DNA from: Halarcobacter sp.
GTDB taxonomy: Bacteria > Campylobacterota > Campylobacteria > Campylobacterales > Arcobacteraceae
Reading direction: 5' to 3'
DNA length: 64,000 bases
NCBI GenBank assembly: GCA_048571215.1
Contig: CP182352.1
Location: 2,368,001-2,432,000 of the forward strand
Shown piece after piece: positions 59,926-64,000 of this stretch (its first letter is position 1; every line of letters starts with the position of its first letter). The notes below the pieces were generated by a model. That model ran no database searches and was not told the DNA's origin. It saw only the letters and a program-made list of their open reading frames with translations. Made by a program: the position numbers and the translations under genes.

Positions 59926-61213
59926 CTTATATGCAAAAATAGCAAACGAAGAAGATGCTAGAGTTTGTAAAGCAATAGATGAAAGTGCTTGTAAAGTTGT
60001 ACCTGGAAACTTTTTTCTTACAATTATTAGTTACTTTTTTAATAAGCTAGCTGATAATGTAGCAAATGCAAAAGTGGTACTTCCATGGATAATGGAAAGC
60101 TTAAATGTGCCAATGTTTCTAATTAGTTTTTTAGTACCTATTAAAGAATCAGGATCACTTATCCCTCAACTTTTTATTGCATCTTATGTAAGAAAACTTC
60201 CTATTAGAAAATGGATTTGGTCACTTGGCACTTTCTTACAAGCGATTTGCATATTTGGTATAGCAATTGTTGCTTGGAATATGGAAGGTCTTAGTGCTGG
60301 TTTAATTATTGTCTCTATTTTAATTATTATGAGTTTATCTAGAGGTTTATGTTCAGTTGCCGCAAAAGATGTAGTAGGTAAAACTATTCCTAAAACAAGA
60401 AGAGGAACCTTAAATGGACTTTCAGCAATGCTTGCAGGATTGCTAGTAGTTGTCCTTGGGGTATATTTTTTAATAAATGGTGAGAAACCATTTTCAGCTC
60501 AAAACTTTGGTATATTATTATCAATTGCGGGAGTATTCTGGATATTGGCTTCTATTTTTTATTTAAATATCAAAGAGTTTCCAGGGGAAACAGATGGTGG
60601 CGGTAATGCCTTTACAGTTGCTATTAGTAAACTTGCTATACTAAAAACAGATAAACCCTTTAGATTATTTGTTATTACAAGAGCTTTATTTCTTTGTTCT
60701 GTTTTATCTGCACCATTTTTTATAATAATAGCACAACAAAATAGTGATTCAAGTACTTACTTACTTGGTCTTTTTATCCTTGCTAGTGGACTTGCAGATT
60801 TATTATCTGCGAACTTTTGGGGTAAATTTTCTGACATATCTAGTAAAAAGGTTATGATAATTGGTGCAACTATCTCTACAACAGTTGGTTTTATAGTATT
60901 TGTAATTGATTTTTTCTTCACTGAACTGTTTTCAATTATCTGGTTAATGCCTATAATCTACTTTATTTTAAGTATAGGATATCAAGGGATTAGAATAGGA
61001 AGAAAAACTTATATAATTGACTTAGCAGAAGGCAATAGAAGAACTGACTATGTAGCCGTAAGTAATACAATAATAGGATTTATACTGCTTCTAAGTGGTT
61101 TTGTAGGAACTCTTAGTACAATTGTAGGTACAGGTGGGATAATCTTAATACTTTCACTTACTGGTGTTTTAGCTTTAATATTTGCTAATAAACTTCCAGA
61201 AACTGAAGATTGA
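59906..61213 (+). CDS. MFS transporter (probable CTG start)
   Basis: Frame is open upstream of 60074 through EEDARVC..I..SAC..VPGNF; GAGGA RBS 7 nt before CTG 59906. Confidence 0.85.
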   Translation: MKKRINNLYAKIANEEDARVCKAIDESACKVVPGNFFLTIISYFFNKLADNVANAKVVLPWIMESLNVPMFLISFLVPIKESGSLIPQLFIASYVRKLPIRKWIWSLGTFLQAICIFGIAIVAWNMEGLSAGLIIVSILIIMSLSRGLCSVAAKDVVGKTIPKTRRGTLNGLSAMLAGLLVVVLGVYFLINGEKPFSAQNFGILLSIAGVFWILASIFYLNIKEFPGETDGGGNAFTVAISKLAILKTDKPFRLFVITRALFLCSVLSAPFFIIIAQQNSDSSTYLLGLFILASGLADLLSANFWGKFSDISSKKVMIIGATISTTVGFIVFVIDFFFTELFSIIWLMPIIYFILSIGYQGIRIGRKTYIIDLAEGNRRTDYVAVSNTIIGFILLLSGFVGTLSTIVGTGGIILILSLTGVLALIFANKLPETED

Positions 61214-61218
61214 TATTT

Positions 61219-64000
61219 TTATTTTTCAATATCAACTATGGTATAATGTAATTCTAAACCTTTTGAAGTAGCAATGAAACCATTTATATTAATAGTTCCC
61301 TCATGAACCATCTTATGATGCTCTTTGCAAAGTGGAATTAGATTATATTTGTGATTTGCATTTACATGACCTATAAATCCATCTTTATTTGCCCTTGCTT
61401 GCTCTTTTATGTGATGAACATCATCACAAGCCCTACCACAAATAACACATGTGTTTGCAAATAGTTCTTTATTGTATTTTGAAGTTTTTCTTTTGGTCAA
61501 TCGCTCAATAGCACTATAATCATCGGTTAATTTTTTTCTAATATCATTAGCAACTGCTAAAAACTCTTTATCCATATGGAGGGATTTAGCATACTCCAAA
61601 CCATACATAGAAGAACCACTTCCATATTTTAACTTCCTATCAAAGATAAGTTTATCTTCCTCATCTTGATACATAACAGATAGATGTAAAGGGATAATAT
61701 TTTTAAGTTTTTGTATCTCCTCAATCTCTGGTAGTTGATGTAAGTGAGTAGCAAATAAAAATATTGATTCAAGTTTAGAAAGCTTAAGTATGGCACTAGC
61801 TACAATAGATAAGCCACTCATTGTTTCTGTACTATGAGATATCTCATCTCCTAAAATAAGTGATTGTTTAGTGGCACGATTAAAAATATTTTTAAGCTCT
61901 AACATCTCAACAGCAAAAGATGACAAGCCTTTTGCAATATTATCAGCTCCGCTAATTCTTGTAAATACAGAATCAAATATAGAAAACCTCATAGATTTAC
62001 AAGGGACATAAAAACCAGCTTGAGCTAAAATAACTGCAATACCTATTGATTTCATTAAGGAAGATTTACCAGAAGAGTTAATCCCATACAATAAAACCCC
62101 ATGCATCTTATTATTATAAATATTTATAGGATTTGAGTTTTTGATTATAACATTGTTTTTATACTCATCTTTTGCTAAAGACAACTCACCCAAAATAATA
62201 TCATTTGGTACATAAATACCCTGCTCTTCATTTGCTTCAATTATTGGGTGTCTTAAATCAATAAGTTCTAAAAAGTTTTCATCATCTTTGGTTTTTACAA
62301 TTTTTGGACAAACATAGTTGTATTTTTTGGCTGTTTTTATGTTTGAGATTGTTAAATCAACCTCAGCAATAAATTGAACCAAATCTTCTAAAAGTGTAGC
62401 AAACTTCTTTTCAAACTCACCTAGTTTTTCTTTAAATACAAGTTTATTTAACTCTATAATTTTTCTTAAATTATGTACATATTTATCTGAAATTGTATCT
62501 GTTAAATTAGCTGAAATTTTAACTGTGGTTGTTTGTATCTTTATATTGAAATCTTTTACCAATAATAAATCATCTTCGATTATCAAGTGGGAGTTTAATA
62601 ACTGCTCTTTGATTGAATTAAATCTATTTTTTGTTAAAGATAAATAAAAACCCTCTTTATCTAATCTTTGTATTGAAACATAGTTACTATCTTTACTTCC
62701 TAAAAATGAAGAGATATGATCTTTAATTAAAACAAGTTTTTCAAAAAGTTTTTCATTCTCTTTATTTAACTCATCTATTTTATGATTTATCCCATCACAA
62801 ACCATATTTGACTCAACATCTTTTAACATATATTTGCCACTTACACTTAAATCAAAAGTTGATTCAATTGAGTCAATAAACATTTGAAGTTGAGCTAAAG
62901 AACAAGGTGGTGTTATGAATTTATAGTTTTCCATAAAATTTACCACCTCTTTTATACTAAGAAGTGAATCATAAAGGTAGTTTAACTCAAAGGGATGAAG
63001 TCTACATAGTTTTATTCTTCTTGTAAGTCTTTCAATATCATAAATATTTGCCAATTCATTTTCTATTGGGGCATGATAATCAAAAAGCTCTTTTGATAAG
63101 GCAAATCTTCTTAATAACTCTTTACTCTCTTTTATAGGGTGAGTTAATCTCTCTTTTAAAAGTCTTTTCCCCATTGCAGTTGAAGTGTTATTTATAAGTT
63201 TTATTAAACTTGGATTATGGGTTGTTTCTATTATATTTAACTGCTCTAAGGCATTATTTCCCAAATATATATATTTGCTAACATCAAGTCTAATTGGAAA
63301 GGAAAGTTTTTGAACTATATTTGAATCATGTCCTATAACAAAATCTATTAATATCGCAAGAGATTGGGTACTTAAAGGAACTCTTTCCATATCAAGGTGT
63401 TCTATTGCAGTTAGAAGAGATTCTATATTGAATACATTTTTAAATAGTTCATTTTGATAAGAGATTTTTGGTATGAAACCCCCTATATGAAAAGTTTTTA
63501 GTTTTAGTTCTAGATATTCTATTACCTCTTTTTGGTTCATATTTTTATCTAAAAATGTTACAACTACCTCATTTGTTTTATGCATATTCATATAGTTAAA
63601 CACTTCATCTAGGGCATAAAACTTATCTTCACTTGTACCATGTACTTCATTATAAAAGCACTTTCCTGTTGTAACATCTATTGCACTATAACCAACTAAA
63701 TATATCCCTTTTATTTGCTCAATTACAAGGGATGTTATATTGTTTTCATCTTGGTCTATTACAAAATCAAAGTTTGTTCCAGGACTTACAACAGTATCTA
63801 AATATCTTGACACTTTTGGAGGAAGCCCTTTTTGTCTTATGATTACTATTGTATATTTTTGTTCATTTATTATACGAGCTAAATGTTTTTCCAATGATAT
63901 TGCAGGAACACCTGCCATAATTGGATTTTCTTTTGAGTTTTCTAAAATAGATTTATTTTTTCTAGTTAATTGAATATTTAAAAGTTCTGCTATCTCTTTA
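61219..64000 (-). CDS. MutS-family ATPase with a C-terminal HNH nuclease (MutS7-like); start beyond the window
   Basis: GINSSGKS, SSFAVEM, GDEISHSTE, ATHLH, CVIC..DVHHI...NLIPLCKEHH; frame stays open to 64000. Confidence 0.9.
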   Translation of the reverse strand, partial: KEIAELLNIQLTRKNKSILENSKENPIMAGVPAISLEKHLARIINEQKYTIVIIRQKGLPPKVSRYLDTVVSPGTNFDFVIDQDENNITSLVIEQIKGIYLVGYSAIDVTTGKCFYNEVHGTSEDKFYALDEVFNYMNMHKTNEVVVTFLDKNMNQKEVIEYLELKLKTFHIGGFIPKISYQNELFKNVFNIESLLTAIEHLDMERVPLSTQSLAILIDFVIGHDSNIVQKLSFPIRLDVSKYIYLGNNALEQLNIIETTHNPSLIKLINNTSTAMGKRLLKERLTHPIKESKELLRRFALSKELFDYHAPIENELANIYDIERLTRRIKLCRLHPFELNYLYDSLLSIKEVVNFMENYKFITPPCSLAQLQMFIDSIESTFDLSVSGKYMLKDVESNMVCDGINHKIDELNKENEKLFEKLVLIKDHISSFLGSKDSNYVSIQRLDKEGFYLSLTKNRFNSIKEQLLNSHLIIEDDLLLVKDFNIKIQTTTVKISANLTDTISDKYVHNLRKIIELNKLVFKEKLGEFEKKFATLLEDLVQFIAEVDLTISNIKTAKKYNYVCPKIVKTKDDENFLELIDLRHPIIEANEEQGIYVPNDIILGELSLAKDEYKNNVIIKNSNPINIYNNKMHGVLLYGINSSGKSSLMKSIGIAVILAQAGFYVPCKSMRFSIFDSVFTRISGADNIAKGLSSFAVEMLELKNIFNRATKQSLILGDEISHSTETMSGLSIVASAILKLSKLESIFLFATHLHQLPEIEEIQKLKNIIPLHLSVMYQDEEDKLIFDRKLKYGSGSSMYGLEYAKSLHMDKEFLAVANDIRKKLTDDYSAIERLTKRKTSKYNKELFANTCVICGRACDDVHHIKEQARANKDGFIGHVNANHKYNLIPLCKEHHKMVHEGTININGFIATSKGLELHYTIVDIEK

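Overview
AT-rich chromosomal window from a Campylobacterota bacterium, most likely Arcobacteraceae (epsilon-type Mqo, FqrB, CadF-like OmpA, MutS7). Most of it is housekeeping: gmk, tsf-rpsB, moxR-VWA, murE, ileS, a duplicated tRNA Lys-Glu-Val-Asp block, aroQ, folK, prs, lepA and hisHA. It also holds a 17 kb acetate/carboxylate locus (sCache two-component system, two symporter + DUF294 nucleotidyltransferase + exonuclease modules, two ackA, pta, cowN). The most unusual region is 8.9-10.75 kb, an integron-like array read from one promoter. Six copies of a 19-bp quasi-palindromic site (AAAGGKG-ACAGR-YRCMTTT on the minus strand) separate cassettes. Most cassettes hold a short open-ended coding tail (probably a toxin C-terminus) and/or a small membrane protein gene (probable immunity), and one carries an RHS pre-toxin fragment. 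Other highlights: a second, DxxC-type mnmA inserted at the folK 3' end with a ~160-bp duplication; an SCO gene coupled to a His-rich membrane chemoreceptor; a secreted protein with a phage-tail-like insert whose promoter box matches that of the cassette array; a fluoroacetate dehalogenase-like hydrolase; and an ERIC-like element overlapping the lepA stop codon. All family calls come from recognised motifs; no database search was run.
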